A DNA stretch of 63,042 bases, filler included, from Globobulimina sp. (lineage: Eukaryota), in the NCBI GenBank assembly GCA_003354225.1. It is 44 parts of 44 records of this genome, joined end to end, with 100 filler letters (N's around TTAATTAATTAA, not from the genome) between each part and the next. Parts side by side here need not be neighbours in the genome. Positions count along the whole stretch, not along the records: positions 1 to 1,336 come from PIVH01018439.1; positions 1,437 to 2,772 come from PIVH01018440.1; positions 2,873 to 4,208 come from PIVH01018441.1; positions 4,309 to 5,644 come from PIVH01018442.1; positions 5,745 to 7,080 come from PIVH01018443.1; positions 7,181 to 8,516 come from PIVH01018444.1; positions 8,617 to 9,952 come from PIVH01018445.1; positions 10,053 to 11,388 come from PIVH01018446.1; 36 more parts are not named here. One strand, 5' to 3'. Both the position numbers and the translations under genes were made by a program. Shown one piece after another: positions 1-11,820 of the stretch (positions are counted from its first letter, which is position 1; each line of letters starts with the position of its first letter). The notes beneath the pieces are model-generated. The model searched no databases, was not told the DNA's origin, and worked only from the letters and a program-made list of their open reading frames with translations.

Positions 1-186
1 GAAAAATATGTCTGTTCGTTTCGTGTAGAAATTGAGTAAAAAGTTTATTTACTTAAATAACAAATTACGTAAAACTTTTATTCTACGTTCGCTACGCTAC
101 CGTAGAAAACCGATATGTGTTCGCTTGCAATCTGTTTTAGTTTTCACACCTTTATTCAGACCTCACCGTATTACATACAAGATTAA

Positions 187-275
187 TGTATACATCATAC
201 AAGATTATTGTATTACATCATTAAGATTATACTGTATTTACATCATACAACATTACTGTATTACATCAGACAAGT
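187..275. repeat. Degenerate tandem repeat, about 22-bp unit (TGTATTACATCATACAAGATTA-like)
   Basis: About four copies of tgta(t)tacatca visible. Confidence 0.6.
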
Positions 276-528
276 TTATACCATATAACATCATCTCAGT
301 TAATATTTTTTATATCAGAGAATATGTCAAAAAATTTTACACTCTGCATACACCGATTATGTAATTTGACATTACATGAAACACTAAATTAGGTCATTAT
401 TCTAAACAGTAGCTAATTAATCTCCAAGAAAATTCGCTTTACCAATGAGTTCATGTCTTGTAATGGACTAAAATTAAATTCGTACATGTTATAAATGAAT
501 GCACAGGGACAAAAGTTGGGATTTTTCC

Positions 529-705
529 TTATAGGCCCAGAGCACGGCTTATCTTTAATTTATGATGGACAGATGGTCGTACATAGTGGTCAAACGAAGT
601 GTTGCTACGCCACCTTCCGTGCTCACGCACGAATATTCGCTGCCGATGCCATGCTCAACTAATGCAGTAGCACACCCTATATGGAAAGAATGCCTTGTGA
701 ATTTG
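529..705 (-). pseudogene. Tyrosine recombinase C-terminus of a DIRS/Ngaro-type retroelement, frameshifted
   Basis: Manual translation gives FTRHSFHIGCATALVEHGIG, then in a shifted frame EHGRWRSNTSFDHYVRPSVHHKLKISRALGL*, matching HSxRxG.AT...GRWxS...Y. Confidence 0.8.
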
Positions 706-1336
706 TGACTGTGATATAGGTAATGTGCTTAGGGTTGGGTGGGTGGGACATAGGAATAAAACTAAGGGAACCAACAGGACGGTGAGAGGTCTAACGGTTG
801 TGAATGATATGCCGTCCGTAATTTTACGATTATGGAGATAAGCAAAATGAGCATATAATAAAATGCACCAACAAAACAGAAATATAATCATGCGGGAATC
901 ACTAAATTTGAACATTTTTTGTTTCTTATCAATGATTAAGAAAATCAATGGCAAGATGGTCTGCCAAATGTCTTTCATGGAATCGTGTAAGCCTTTCCTT
1001 GATCTCCGCTTCAGCGTGCAAATGAAGGGGGAAGAAATAAGGATACCGTTTGGTGACACAACTGTATCTGGCATGTGTGAGGCGGTACTGCATATTTCCA
1101 TGAGCAGACCATTTACTTTGACTTGGTATCCAAAATCTTTCCAAATGAGCTATTGCTATATCATCTGGAGGAGCAGCGCCTTCTGGGAACTGTGTCTGAA
1201 ATAGTGGAATGTTGCTAATAAACACTTACAACTATGTATGTAAATCATAGGTGCTCCATGGGGGTTTGGGGGTGGGGGTTTTCACCCCCCCCCAACTTAA
1301 TTGCCTTTGGTCGGTCGGCCTGGGGTGGGCGAAAGC

Positions 1337-1436
1337 NNNNNNNNNNNNNNNNNNNNNNNNNNNNNNNNNNNNNNNNNNNNTTAATTAATTAANNNNNNNN
1401 NNNNNNNNNNNNNNNNNNNNNNNNNNNNNNNNNNNN
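1337..1436. other. Artificial contig linker, first of 43 identical copies spaced about 1435 bp apart
   Basis: 44 N + TTAATTAATTAA (stops in all six frames) + 44 N; flanking contigs are 1336/1335/1334 bp in descending order. Confidence 0.99.
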
Positions 1437-1438
1437 CA

Positions 1439-1735
1439 TCATTTCCTGAAGTTATTGACGATTTTTATAGTATGTTTTTTGTGTACCAATTGGACTTAAT
1501 AACGCCTGAAGGTGGAGAAAGTATTCCAGGGGAAAGCACATTTGATATTAATTGGGTAAGTGAAATTATAACTAATGTGAAAATTGAGTTTTCATCTGAT
1601 AATGGTCAAAACTGGAGCACAGTAGTTGGGAGTATCCCAGCCAGCGACTCTACTTATGAATGGACAGTTCCAAATATTAATTCTGATGATAATTACGCTG
1701 AAATTGTATTGATATATTTTGATATCAAAACATAG
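1439..1735 (+). CDS. Fragment of a bacterial-type Ig-like repeat (P-x-GGE...ITW...S-x-DNG-x-x-W...Y-x-WTVP), as in large secreted FCB-group proteins
   Basis: LITPEGGESIPGESTFDINWVSEIITNVKIEFSSDNGQNWSTVVGSIPASDSTYEWTVPN; frame is open from the contig start. Confidence 0.65.
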   Translation, partial: SFPEVIDDFYSMFFVYQLDLITPEGGESIPGESTFDINWVSEIITNVKIEFSSDNGQNWSTVVGSIPASDSTYEWTVPNINSDDNYAEIVLIYFDIKT

Positions 1736-2113
1736 CAAGCAATTATTAAATGGATAAATATCACCAATTTTAATTATTTTACAACATTTACAATTTTTAC
1801 CATTTTACAAATTCAAACAGTTTTACCATCCCATATTATTTACAATTATTTTATCATTTTTATTCCGTTTTACTATGTAAAACAAATTATTTTTACAAAT
1901 CAATAAAAGTATTAATGGACCAATCAAATAAATTCTATTCCAATACAATAAAACAAAATAAAATCACCAATACAGGTTCAATATATCATCACCGCAGATA
2001 TAAACTTATAATTATTTTGCAAACTGTTTATGTGTTTTCAAGAATAAAAAAACAATTAAAAACAATAATTTAAATTATGGTAATATGCGCAAGTAATCCC
2101 ATACCTATCAGCC

Positions 2114-2710
2114 ATGGAAAATGATATCAGAATAATGTGTATGTCCGATCAACTGCCATTGAATACGTATATGGCATACAAGGCAAATAACCATTTATTT
2201 TTGCCTTATTGCAGCCAGCATAGTGACTGTGATACACAACAACTCGATGAAACTCTCATGCATTACTTCATCGAATGTCAGGCCGAGCACTACATTGCAC
2301 CACGAAAGCAATTATTTGATACAATTAAGGCAATATATGGTGCATATAATCGCTTGGTGGCAAAGGAAAGACAGAGATGTAGCTTTGATGAAAATGGCGC
2401 AGTATTTACCATATACAAAAATATATATTCTTTCCACCTTTTAAGTTGGAGATAAAATCGCGTGTGGAAATTATTAAAGCGATTGTAAAATACATCAAAG
2501 ATACAAGACGTGACTTATTAAGAATGTATAACAATGGTAAATGCAAAAAAATGAACCCTCAGCCAATAGATCATAATGAAATGTATCAGTAAAAGTAGGT
2601 AGTTTGTAAAAAATATTGGTTGGTTGACAGCAAAATTGTATTTAGCACACCAATCAAAAATAAAAACAAAAAAAAAACAAAAAAAAAAGTCATATAAACA
2701 AAAAAACAAG
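2114..2710 (+). mobile_element. 3' end of a non-LTR retrotransposon: C-terminal zinc-finger region followed by an A-rich tract
   Basis: LPLNTYM...C..C...ETLMHYFIEC...RKQLF motif; A-rich tract at about 2655-2710. Confidence 0.65.
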
Positions 2711-2899
2711 TACATAAACAGAGAGATCTCTCATTTTTACTTTATTTTATCTTATTTTATTTTATTTTTATTNNNNNNNNNNNNNNNNNNNNNNNNNNNN
2801 NNNNNNNNNNNNNNNNTTAATTAATTAANNNNNNNNNNNNNNNNNNNNNNNNNNNNNNNNNNNNNNNNNNNNTTATATATACCATTGAGTTCAAGGATA

Positions 2900-3024
2900 A
2901 ATATTTTCAGTTTCAAACTGAAATATTGGGTGCTTTTCCAGTTTGAAACTGAAATATTTTAGTTTGAAACTGCAAAAGCGCACTTTTCAGTTTCAAATCA
3001 TAATTAATTTCAGTTTGAAACTGT
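2900..3024. repeat. Cluster of about five copies of the palindrome TTCAGTTT(C/G)AAACTGAA in the PCCB intron
   Basis: Directly visible upstream of the CAG acceptor at 3042-3044. Confidence 0.85.
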
Positions 3025-3044
3025 ATGATAAAAATGCATGTCAG

Positions 3045-3983
3045 GGTCCAGAAGTGGTGAAGGCGGTGACCTACGAAGACGTAACCAAAGAAGAATTGGG
3101 CGGCGCCTCGGTCCACACCAAAAAATCCGGCGTTGCCTGCGGTTCCTTCGAAAACGACATCGATGCCATGGCGTCAATCCGCCAGTTCTATGACTTCCTG
3201 CCTTTGCATTTCCAGGATAAAAAGGAGAATTTCGCGTGTACCGATCCCTGCGATCGCAGCGAAGAAGTGCTAAACCGCATAATCCCCGACGACTCGACGC
3301 AAGCCTATGATGTGCGGGACGTGGTACGTCGCATTGTGGACAACCAAATCATTTACGAGTTATACAAGGACTGGGCCAAGAATATAGTGGTCGGCTTCAG
3401 TCGCATGAATGGAGAGACTGTGGGCATTGTGGCCAACCAACCAAAAGAGAGTGCGGGCGTATTGGACATCGATGCTTCGTGCAAAGCGGCTCGATTTGTA
3501 CGCTTTTGCGACTGTTTCAATATTCCAATCTTGACTTTTGTGGATGTTCCGGGCTTTTTGCCGGGAACGGGACAGGAATATGGCGGCATTATCCGGCATG
3601 GCGCAAAGTTGATGTTCGCCTATGCGGAGGCGACGGTGCCTAAAATAACGGTTATTTTGCGCAAAAACTATGGCGGCGCGTATTGTGTGATGAGTCCGTC
3701 GCATTTGAGAGGGGATAGTTTTTATGCGTGGCCCTCTGCGGAGGTGGCGGTGATGGGCGCAAAAGGTGCGGTGGAGATCATTTGTCGGGGCATGGACCTT
3801 GATGCCGAGGCGAGGAAATATGAGGAAAAGTTTAATTCGCCACTTATTGCAGCGGAAAAGGGATATTTGGATGAGGTTATTCAACCGGCCACGACGCGGG
3901 AAACGATTATTAGGGATTTGCAGTTTTTTAGAAATAAACAGTTGGAGAATCCGAAAAAGAAACATGGAAATTGTCCGTTGTAA
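3045..3983 (+). CDS. PCCB: Propionyl-CoA carboxylase beta chain, last exon (5' partial)
   Basis: GPEVVKAVT..ELGGA, KAARFVRFCDCFNIP, VDVPGFLPG..QEYGGIIRHGAK, KKHGNCPL*; CAG acceptor precedes G. Confidence 0.95.
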   Translation, partial: GPEVVKAVTYEDVTKEELGGASVHTKKSGVACGSFENDIDAMASIRQFYDFLPLHFQDKKENFACTDPCDRSEEVLNRIIPDDSTQAYDVRDVVRRIVDNQIIYELYKDWAKNIVVGFSRMNGETVGIVANQPKESAGVLDIDASCKAARFVRFCDCFNIPILTFVDVPGFLPGTGQEYGGIIRHGAKLMFAYAEATVPKITVILRKNYGGAYCVMSPSHLRGDSFYAWPSAEVAVMGAKGAVEIICRGMDLDAEARKYEEKFNSPLIAAEKGYLDEVIQPATTRETIIRDLQFFRNKQLENPKKKHGNCPL

Positions 3984-4367
3984 ATGTATATATATTTTGT
4001 GTTAGTTTTGACAACTTGAGTTTGTGAGAGATAACTTTAATGTTCAATAAACAAATGGAGTACAGGGGGCACCTCCACGTTCGTAGCCACGAACGAAATT
4101 AAGAAACCAATCAATTCACCAGATGGGTGCATGACTCTTTAATTTTCATAATCATTGTCGTTTATGTTTTAGGATCCATGATTTTTTTTTTTCCTGTGAA
4201 AACCTTTCNNNNNNNNNNNNNNNNNNNNNNNNNNNNNNNNNNNNNNNNNNNNTTAATTAATTAANNNNNNNNNNNNNNNNNNNNNNNNNNNNNNNNNNNN
4301 NNNNNNNNCTTCCATTTTTATTAGTTATAAATTCATTTAATTCGTTTCTGTAAATATTTTTATATTT

Positions 4368-5644
4368 TTGATTTCTATAAATATTGCCAATTGTTTGTCT
4401 CTAAAACGATTAATATCACATTTAGTATTTTATGATCAGCATAACGTGGATCAGCATAAACATTTATTAATGAATCAATTATATAAAAAGAATATTGCAA
4501 ACAAAGAATTGTTATTAAATGATTATCAGCATATAATAATTGAACATAACGATCAATTCAATGAAATCTATGGATATTTAATGAAACAATCAAACCACAA
4601 ATTACTGTGTGCAAACCCTGCAAAATGCGATAAATTGCAAAGAAACCATAGAAATACACAGATTGATAATGTTGGTGAAAATGACAAAGAATATTTATTT
4701 TTAATTTCAACAATGGACAGTATTCATTCTTATTTTTTGCATTCCCATCATCTTGGATTGAGATTGAATACAGAAGAAATAAAACAAATTTATACTGCCG
4801 ACAATGAGGTTAAATCTGACAATCTGTATGAATATAAATATAATGAAACATCTGACTCAAAACTCTCTGATAAACGGATTTTAGAACATACGTATGTTCG
4901 AATGAAGAAAATATTGCATTCAAAACGAAATAAAATATTAAATCTCCGAGGACATAACCGAATGAATCAAAATAAATATAAAACAAATATTCAACAAGAC
5001 ACAATCAAAAATATCGCTACATTTAACGATTCGAATGACACTCGTGATCAAAATAAACATTTTAAATTTTATAGCTTTGGTAACAAACACTTTTACTGTT
5101 CGAAAGATTATAAACATGAATGGTACATCAAAAAGAAATACAAAGATTTCAAAACAGAAATATTGACAAATAAGATCTGCAGAATTACAATAAAACAGTA
5201 TGAACAAGTTTTGACCAAAGCAAATCATAAAATCAACACAGAATACGCAAAATCCATCGCAATGGGCATTGATGTTTACAATAACAGCTGGTTTAACACA
5301 AAAGGAAATCGCGGACAACCAATAAAAATGGAAAATTTGATTTCCTTAATATTATATTGTGACTTTGATGATTTGTCATATCAATTTTGCAAAACATTTC
5401 GATCTACAAATGATGCTGAGATAAAAAATAATAATTCGGAATTTCATCATTGGGGAAAGATATTATTTGAAACAGTAAACAGTTATGGCCAGCAAGTACA
5501 AGAAGGCTCCTTTTACCACGGCACATCATATTTTTTGTTTTTATTTGGTGACTACAAATTTGAAATTCCAACATCAACCACCAAGAAAATTGAGGTTGCT
5601 GCAATTGAAGGAAAGATGGGTGGTAAAACCTATTACATGTTTTC
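4368..5644 (+). CDS. Expanded-family protein with a probable C-terminal ADP-ribosyltransferase-like domain (3' partial)
   Basis: Long ORF; SLILYCD..FCKTFR..EFHHWGKILFETV..FYHG..PTSTT motifs. Confidence 0.65.
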
Positions 5645-5925
5645 NNNNNNNNNNNNNNNNNNNNNNNNNNNNNNNNNNNNNNNNNNNNTTAATTAATTAA
5701 NNNNNNNNNNNNNNNNNNNNNNNNNNNNNNNNNNNNNNNNNNNNAAACGCATGTGCCTATGTTCCACTATAAACCTGAAATTATGCTGTTTTTCACAACT
5801 GTATACTATATTTGTTGAATGAAGTGAACAGAAAATGTTATTTTAACAACATGCACAAAAGTGGATTACAATAAAGAAATTAAACAAATTAGTATAACAT
5901 TATGAAAGGTGGTGGCATGAATAAG

Positions 5926-7080
5926 TCACATTGGAAATGGCATAGTTATATTATATACATTGTGTAAAATCAAAGCAGCAATTTTATAAACATTTATATC
6001 TTTAAATTTCTTCTTCTTCTCATTATTTTCATTTTGTTTTTCAAATTGTTTTTTATTTTTCTTCATCAATTTTTTAATAGCTTTTATTAATCCATTTTTC
6101 TTTTTATATGTCGACAATATGCACGACACCAACACCAAACAATATTCTGTCGCCAATTTTTTTATTTTCATTTTGTCAAACTTTATCGTTGCAATCTGCT
6201 CTCTATACTGCACAGTAATAAATTGTGCCACATTCATACAAACCGTCTCTCGAAAAGGTACAATATGTCCGAACACGGCCATGATTTTGATTTTCTTCAA
6301 CAAACTATGTTCGCTTTTTACATTTTTCACTAAATCTACACATTCAAACGACATATTGCACTCATTGTTATTCAATATATTATCCAACAATGTCGGCGCC
6401 GCATCGCCACCGTGCAACGCACCAAAAGATACCGATCGCATCGATGGCTCCAAGCCAATGGGCGTAAACACCTCATTTAATATTTGATCCGTCGATTCTT
6501 GGCAACAATGTTGAGATCTGCTATCATATCGATTCTTTTTCTCTTTATTGCCATTATTGTCATTATTATGATTCTCATTGTTGCTGCTCACATATTCATC
6601 CATCACCATACAATCGATGATAATGTTATTGATTAATAACACAAACTGAGAGTAAAATACCTTGGTTTCAGCTTTGGAATATATCAAATTGGAGTGGTAT
6701 AATTGCAACGCTTTGTTATAATAATTGTTGCAATCCAACGAGTCGCATAAATATCTGTGCAATGACGCAGTGATCGTAGGCAGCCCTGGCAATTTATAGT
6801 GAGTCTGCAGTTCCCATAACCGATTATTTATTTTATTATACGACAACAAGGAAGATTTTATTAACGATGAATTCTGTTTGTTGATGGCATCGATATTCAT
6901 TTTCAATCGCCGGATCTCACTCCGTTTGTTGTCCGAAACCAGCGACAATTCCTTAATTAATAGCGTTAGCTCATCGATAAATAGCTTGATCGCCTCCACT
7001 TGCAACAAATAGTTGGCCTTTTCGCGCAAATCCACACATTACTTGATTTTGCGGTTAATCGAATCGATATTCTCCGAGTG
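5926..7080 (-). CDS. Hypothetical helical protein (5' partial; in-frame TAA near 7040)
   Basis: 369-aa ORF with Asn- and Lys-rich linkers; no recognisable family. Confidence 0.55.
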
Positions 7081-7884
7081 NNNNNNNNNNNNNNNNNNNN
7101 NNNNNNNNNNNNNNNNNNNNNNNNTTAATTAATTAANNNNNNNNNNNNNNNNNNNNNNNNNNNNNNNNNNNNNNNNNNNNATAATATCTTTTTAATTTAT
7201 TACATTTTTAAATATCACAGCTTCGAAATGCATATTTATTTTTTAATTCTTTTTCAGTTTCAAGTAATTCATTATTTGAGCCATGCTCTGCCAAAAAATG
7301 TGCAAAATCATCAATAAAATCTGTGTATGATTCACTACAAAATTCAATTTATAGTTCTTGGCTTACTAAATGAAAATGGCATGACATGATAAAATAAATA
7401 AGAGCTGTGATCTTTTGCAACGTATACTTCACTGCCTTAGTGCGTATACCTTGCTCATACATAATGCAACGTAATACGCAGTAACGTAGTCATCCATTGT
7501 GGTATAGCCTTTATCGACCACTTGTTGCGTACTCTTTTATGCCTCGTTGACATCCTGAGACAGAGAGAGAGAGAGAAAGAGGATTTTTATTTTTATTTTG
7601 GCTGCGCACTTTGACGGATTTAATTTTATGCCTCGACACATATTATATAGTGAATATATACCGAAACAATATCATAATCGCAATGAAACACAAAAAACAT
7701 AAAATAAAAACACATAAACGTGTAATCCATAACAAATACATATAAAATTGCCAAAAGTAGCAAAAAAAAGCATTACAAAATAATATCGCTTCAGAGTCTC
7801 AATAAAGTGAATAAACAAACTGATGTCTTGGATAATGTCAACAAATCAAGCATCAAATTAAAGGTTAGGTGGAGTATCAAATAT

Positions 7885-8470
7885 TTAATCATCTTGAATT
7901 GTGTTTAAATTAGCAGCCTCGACTTCTGCTGTGCCAACTTTGCCATATTTTGTAGTTTGTGATGTCTTTTCATCAGCATAATAGTGTACATATCCAAAAT
8001 ACACTAAGACTAATCCAGCAACGCCAAATAATACAATGAATACAATAGCTACAACAAACCAACCCTCATCAATTTGCTCAGACGCGGACGTAGGTGATTT
8101 TGTTGGTGTTCCGGTTGGCAATGGTGTTGGTGGTGTGGTTGGCAATGGCGATTGCGTCGGAGACCGTGTTGGATATATTAAACATGAACAATTCCAGCTG
8201 TTATCAATAATACACATGTTATAATCGCTACCGCAAAGCATCATATTTCGATCTCCAACCACTGCTTTATTCTGCCATCCTGATAAATCAATTGCATCCC
8301 AACTTTCTCTTGAATAGATATTAAAATTTGTATTTTCATCTGCTGATAAACCTCTCATTACACAATCACCATATTTTGAACAAAGTACAGTCATATCACT
8401 GCATGAATTAAAATTACCATTGCATTGAATATCAATATTTACAAAATAACCTTCCTCCGAATGCACAGTT
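7885..8470 (-). CDS. Cys-rich single-pass surface protein with PTxxPT stalk, last exon
   Basis: Cys-rich ectodomain, PTRSPTQSP..PTKSPT repeats, TM segment WFVVAIVFIVLFGVAGLVLVYF. Confidence 0.75.
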
Positions 8471-8728
8471 CCTGACAGACAAAAAAATGAAGAAATGTAA
8501 TTCATATATTCAGTGCNNNNNNNNNNNNNNNNNNNNNNNNNNNNNNNNNNNNNNNNNNNNTTAATTAATTAANNNNNNNNNNNNNNNNNNNNNNNNNNNN
8601 NNNNNNNNNNNNNNNNATTTTACGAATGTGGGCAACCGCACCGCTCCCCGGACGAGGACGAGACCCGTTATTACAACGACGACACTGGCGATTATTGCAA
8701 AAAACTCACACTTTGCCGATGGTCCTTA

Positions 8729-9952
8729 ATGAACGTCAACAAAACTCACAGGTTCACCAACATATGTTCGATAAGTCGCGGCTTTGGATTCAACATTTTC
8801 AGCATCGCGACCCGCCGCGACGAGTTAATCGTATTTGGCTTCATGCAGTCCATCCAATCCATATTGGCAGCGCATAGCATCTATATTCCAAACCGAATCT
8901 ATTTGAAAGTGCTTTTGTATTTTGGTCAAACCTACAACGAATATTACAGTGTAGGCAACAATGACTTCGGTGAATTGGGCATAGGACACAACAATTTCAT
9001 CGGGGACAAAGTCACAGCGATCCCGAGCTTTGGCAAAGCAGCAATATACGACATAGGTATTGCTTGTATATATTCATTTTATTTCATAATTTGATTAGTA
9101 TTACTTTTGCTGTGTAGGTATTATCCAAATCTGTACAGGTTCTGCGGCCCGCAATGTCTGTTGGATCACCAACAACGGCGAGCTGTACCTTCACGGCCAA
9201 AACTTGCAGAAATACCAAAATAAAAAAACTGATGAAGTCTACGCCGATGGTTACGAGCTCTCTGACGAACAAGCTTCGCTCCCTACGGAATGGCGCTATT
9301 TTCGCGAGAAAAAGCTAAGTTGCATAGCTGGAGCCAGCTCGTATTTCCATTGCATGATTGTGAGCAACGACGGCAGTGTGTGGTCGTTGGGGAAAGGCAA
9401 TTACGGAGAGTTGGGACATGGAGCAAACCAGCATTTGTTCACAGACAATTTTGTGAAGATCAAAGCATTGAACAAATATAGCATTACGGGGGTGTCCTGC
9501 GGCAGTTATTTTAGCTTATTTGTGTCTGACGGAGGCGATGTGTGGAGCTGCGGGAGCAACAAATATGGGCAATGTGGTCTGGGCTTCGCAGACGAGGACA
9601 AAAACAGATTGCCGCAGCGGATTGAATATTTTTTGGAGGAAGAGATTGAAGTCAAGCGGATTGAATGTGGCTTGTATCACTGTGTGGCTCTGGATGTGGA
9701 CGGCTATGTTTATAGCTGGGGGAGGAATAATATTGGACAATGCGGGAAGGCGGTGAAGGGGAACAGTGATAAAAGTGTATGTGTGCCGAGGTTGGTGCAT
9801 CATTTGATGGAATACCAAGTGAAGGATATTAAGAGTGGCTGTAACCACTCACTTGCGGTGACGGAGGATCGTGACTATTTTATGTGGGGATGCAATGACT
9901 TCAATGAGTGCTGTTTGGATCTGAGTGAGGAGAGTAATGGAGTGGTGGTTGC
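8729..9952 (+). CDS. RCC1-repeat protein with N-terminal box motif; intron 9057-9117 (3' partial)
   Basis: Repeated G.N.YG(E/Q)(L/C)G and V.CG..H/F motifs; splicing 9057-9117 joins the two ORFs in frame. Confidence 0.9.
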
Positions 9953-10052
9953 NNNNNNNNNNNNNNNNNNNNNNNNNNNNNNNNNNNNNNNNNNNNTTAA
10001 TTAATTAANNNNNNNNNNNNNNNNNNNNNNNNNNNNNNNNNNNNNNNNNNNN

Positions 10053-11320
10053 AGGAGATAGTAACCCATTATTGAAATAATGGGAGTGATGTATATTCAT
10101 GTTTTGTTGATGCTACAAAAGCATTTGACAGAATTTCTTTTTCTAAACTATTTGATTTATTAATAAAACGCAATATGCCTGCATCATTCTTAAGAGTGAT
10201 ATTTGATGGATACATCAGACAGGAAGTTTCCGTCCTCTGGAATGGAACCCAGTCTGATCCATTTTCTGTCACTAATGGGGTAAGACAAGGAGCTGTTATA
10301 TCAGCAGTATTATTCACGGTATATATGGATGAATTATTAGCGCGACTTCGACAAGATGGTGCTGGCTGTTATGTGTCAGAAACATATGCTGGGGCTTTAG
10401 CCTATGCAGATGATCTGACACTCCTAGCTCCTTCTTACAGTGGTTTACGTCGCATGATTAAAGTTATAGAACAATTCGGTAATGAGTATGCAATGAATTT
10501 TAATCCAAAGAAAACAAAATGCATGTTATTTTCAAAGAAACGCTATGTAACAACTGATATGTTGCCTATAATGGTTGCTGGAAAAACTGTTGGATGGGTG
10601 TCAGAGTTTAAACATCTGGGTATTACAGTGAAACCTGACCTCACAGATGGTACAGACATCGAAACAAAACGGATTCAATTTATTCAAAAGGCTAATTATG
10701 TACAACATGCATTCTCTGTGGCTTCCTCCCAGCTGCGATGTCGTTTGGTGCAGACCTTTTGCACTTCGATGCACGGGAGCCAGGCCTGGAGACTGGATAG
10801 AAATAATATGCAGCTTGACAGGGTAAGAACTGCCTGGAACTGTGTGCAGAGACGGGTCTGGAAACTTCCAGCCAGAGCTCACTGCAGGCTACTACCTGTA
10901 CTTGCCAACAACAATAATCTACTCAGTCAAATACAGAAAAGGACAGGCCGCTTTTTGACAAACTGGCAATCTTCAAATAATGTGCTGTTGAAAGTAATTT
11001 GGAATAATCGTTGCCAGAATGAAAACTCAGTTTTGAGAGCAAACGAGTTATTTCTGGCTCAACAAATTACTGAGACTACTGATTCAGAAATCATACAGAT
11101 AGCAGCCCAAATAAAGGAATTAAATTGTTGCCTTGATGACAAGCAGATGACATGTGGTCTGGATGCCAACCAGATTATGGATGTTTTACGATATATATCA
11201 ATGTCATAAATTTTAACATTTTATCTAACCATTATTTTTGCAATTTTTCTGTGATTAATTTTATTTTTTGTCAATCTTATTAACCTACTGTGCTTAACGG
11301 CGAATAAATAATACATATAT
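10053..11320 (+). mobile_element. Non-LTR retrotransposon reverse transcriptase (RTEX/CR1-like group) with 3' UTR; premature TGA at 10073
   Basis: FVDATKAFDR, GVRQGAVIS, YADD, FKHLG motifs; AATAAA then short TA run after the stop at 11209. Confidence 0.92.
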
Positions 11321-11490
11321 ATGGTATCAATTCATGTGTGAAATTATGTTATTATTGTTATATGTTACAACTGTTTTATAAAGTTATANNNNNNNNNNNN
11401 NNNNNNNNNNNNNNNNNNNNNNNNNNNNNNNNTTAATTAATTAANNNNNNNNNNNNNNNNNNNNNNNNNNNNNNNNNNNNNNNNNNNNAT

Positions 11491-11694
11491 AATGTAATAT
11501 TCATTGGTGATGATGTTACCGATGAAGATGGATTTGATGCATTGTTAAATTATGGCAAAAATAACTATAATGATAATATATCCGCCATATTAGTCACTCA
11601 CAATAAAATGAGGCAAACAAAAGCAACTTATTATGTCAATACTGTTAAAGAAGTGGAAGCATTATTAAACAAAATCGCTCAAACTTTGACTTAA
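11491..11694 (+). CDS. Trehalose-6-phosphate phosphatase (HAD IIB) C-terminus; not in the ORF track
   Basis: NVIFIGDDVTDEDGFDAL...TKATYYVNTVKEVEALL. Confidence 0.85.
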   Translation, partial: NVIFIGDDVTDEDGFDALLNYGKNNYNDNISAILVTHNKMRQTKATYYVNTVKEVEALLNKIAQTLT

Positions 11695-11820
11695 ATAAAG
11701 CAAAAACTTCCTTGAGTTTTAATAAATGCATTAAAAAAATGTTAGTTGAAAGTTCCTGTATCAAACTTAATAATTAATCAAATATTCACTCAAAACACAC
11801 ATTACATCATATTTGTTATT

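Noticed and set aside
32-364. 110-aa ORF
   Set aside because: It runs through a degenerate tandem repeat and has no protein-like features
1337-1436. Regularly spaced TTAATTAATTAA palindrome as a biological repeat
   Set aside because: It is embedded in fixed N runs between length-sorted contigs, so it is an artificial linker. ORFs ending in X..N or X..LIN are artefacts of it
2943-3044. N-terminal extension MKLKYFSLKLQ of the PCCB ORF
   Set aside because: It is intronic palindrome-repeat sequence upstream of the splice acceptor
3353-3965. Long antisense ORFs over PCCB (also over RhoGAP, GLUT, importin and RCC1)
   Set aside because: These are shadow ORFs of GC-richer coding sequence with no independent motifs
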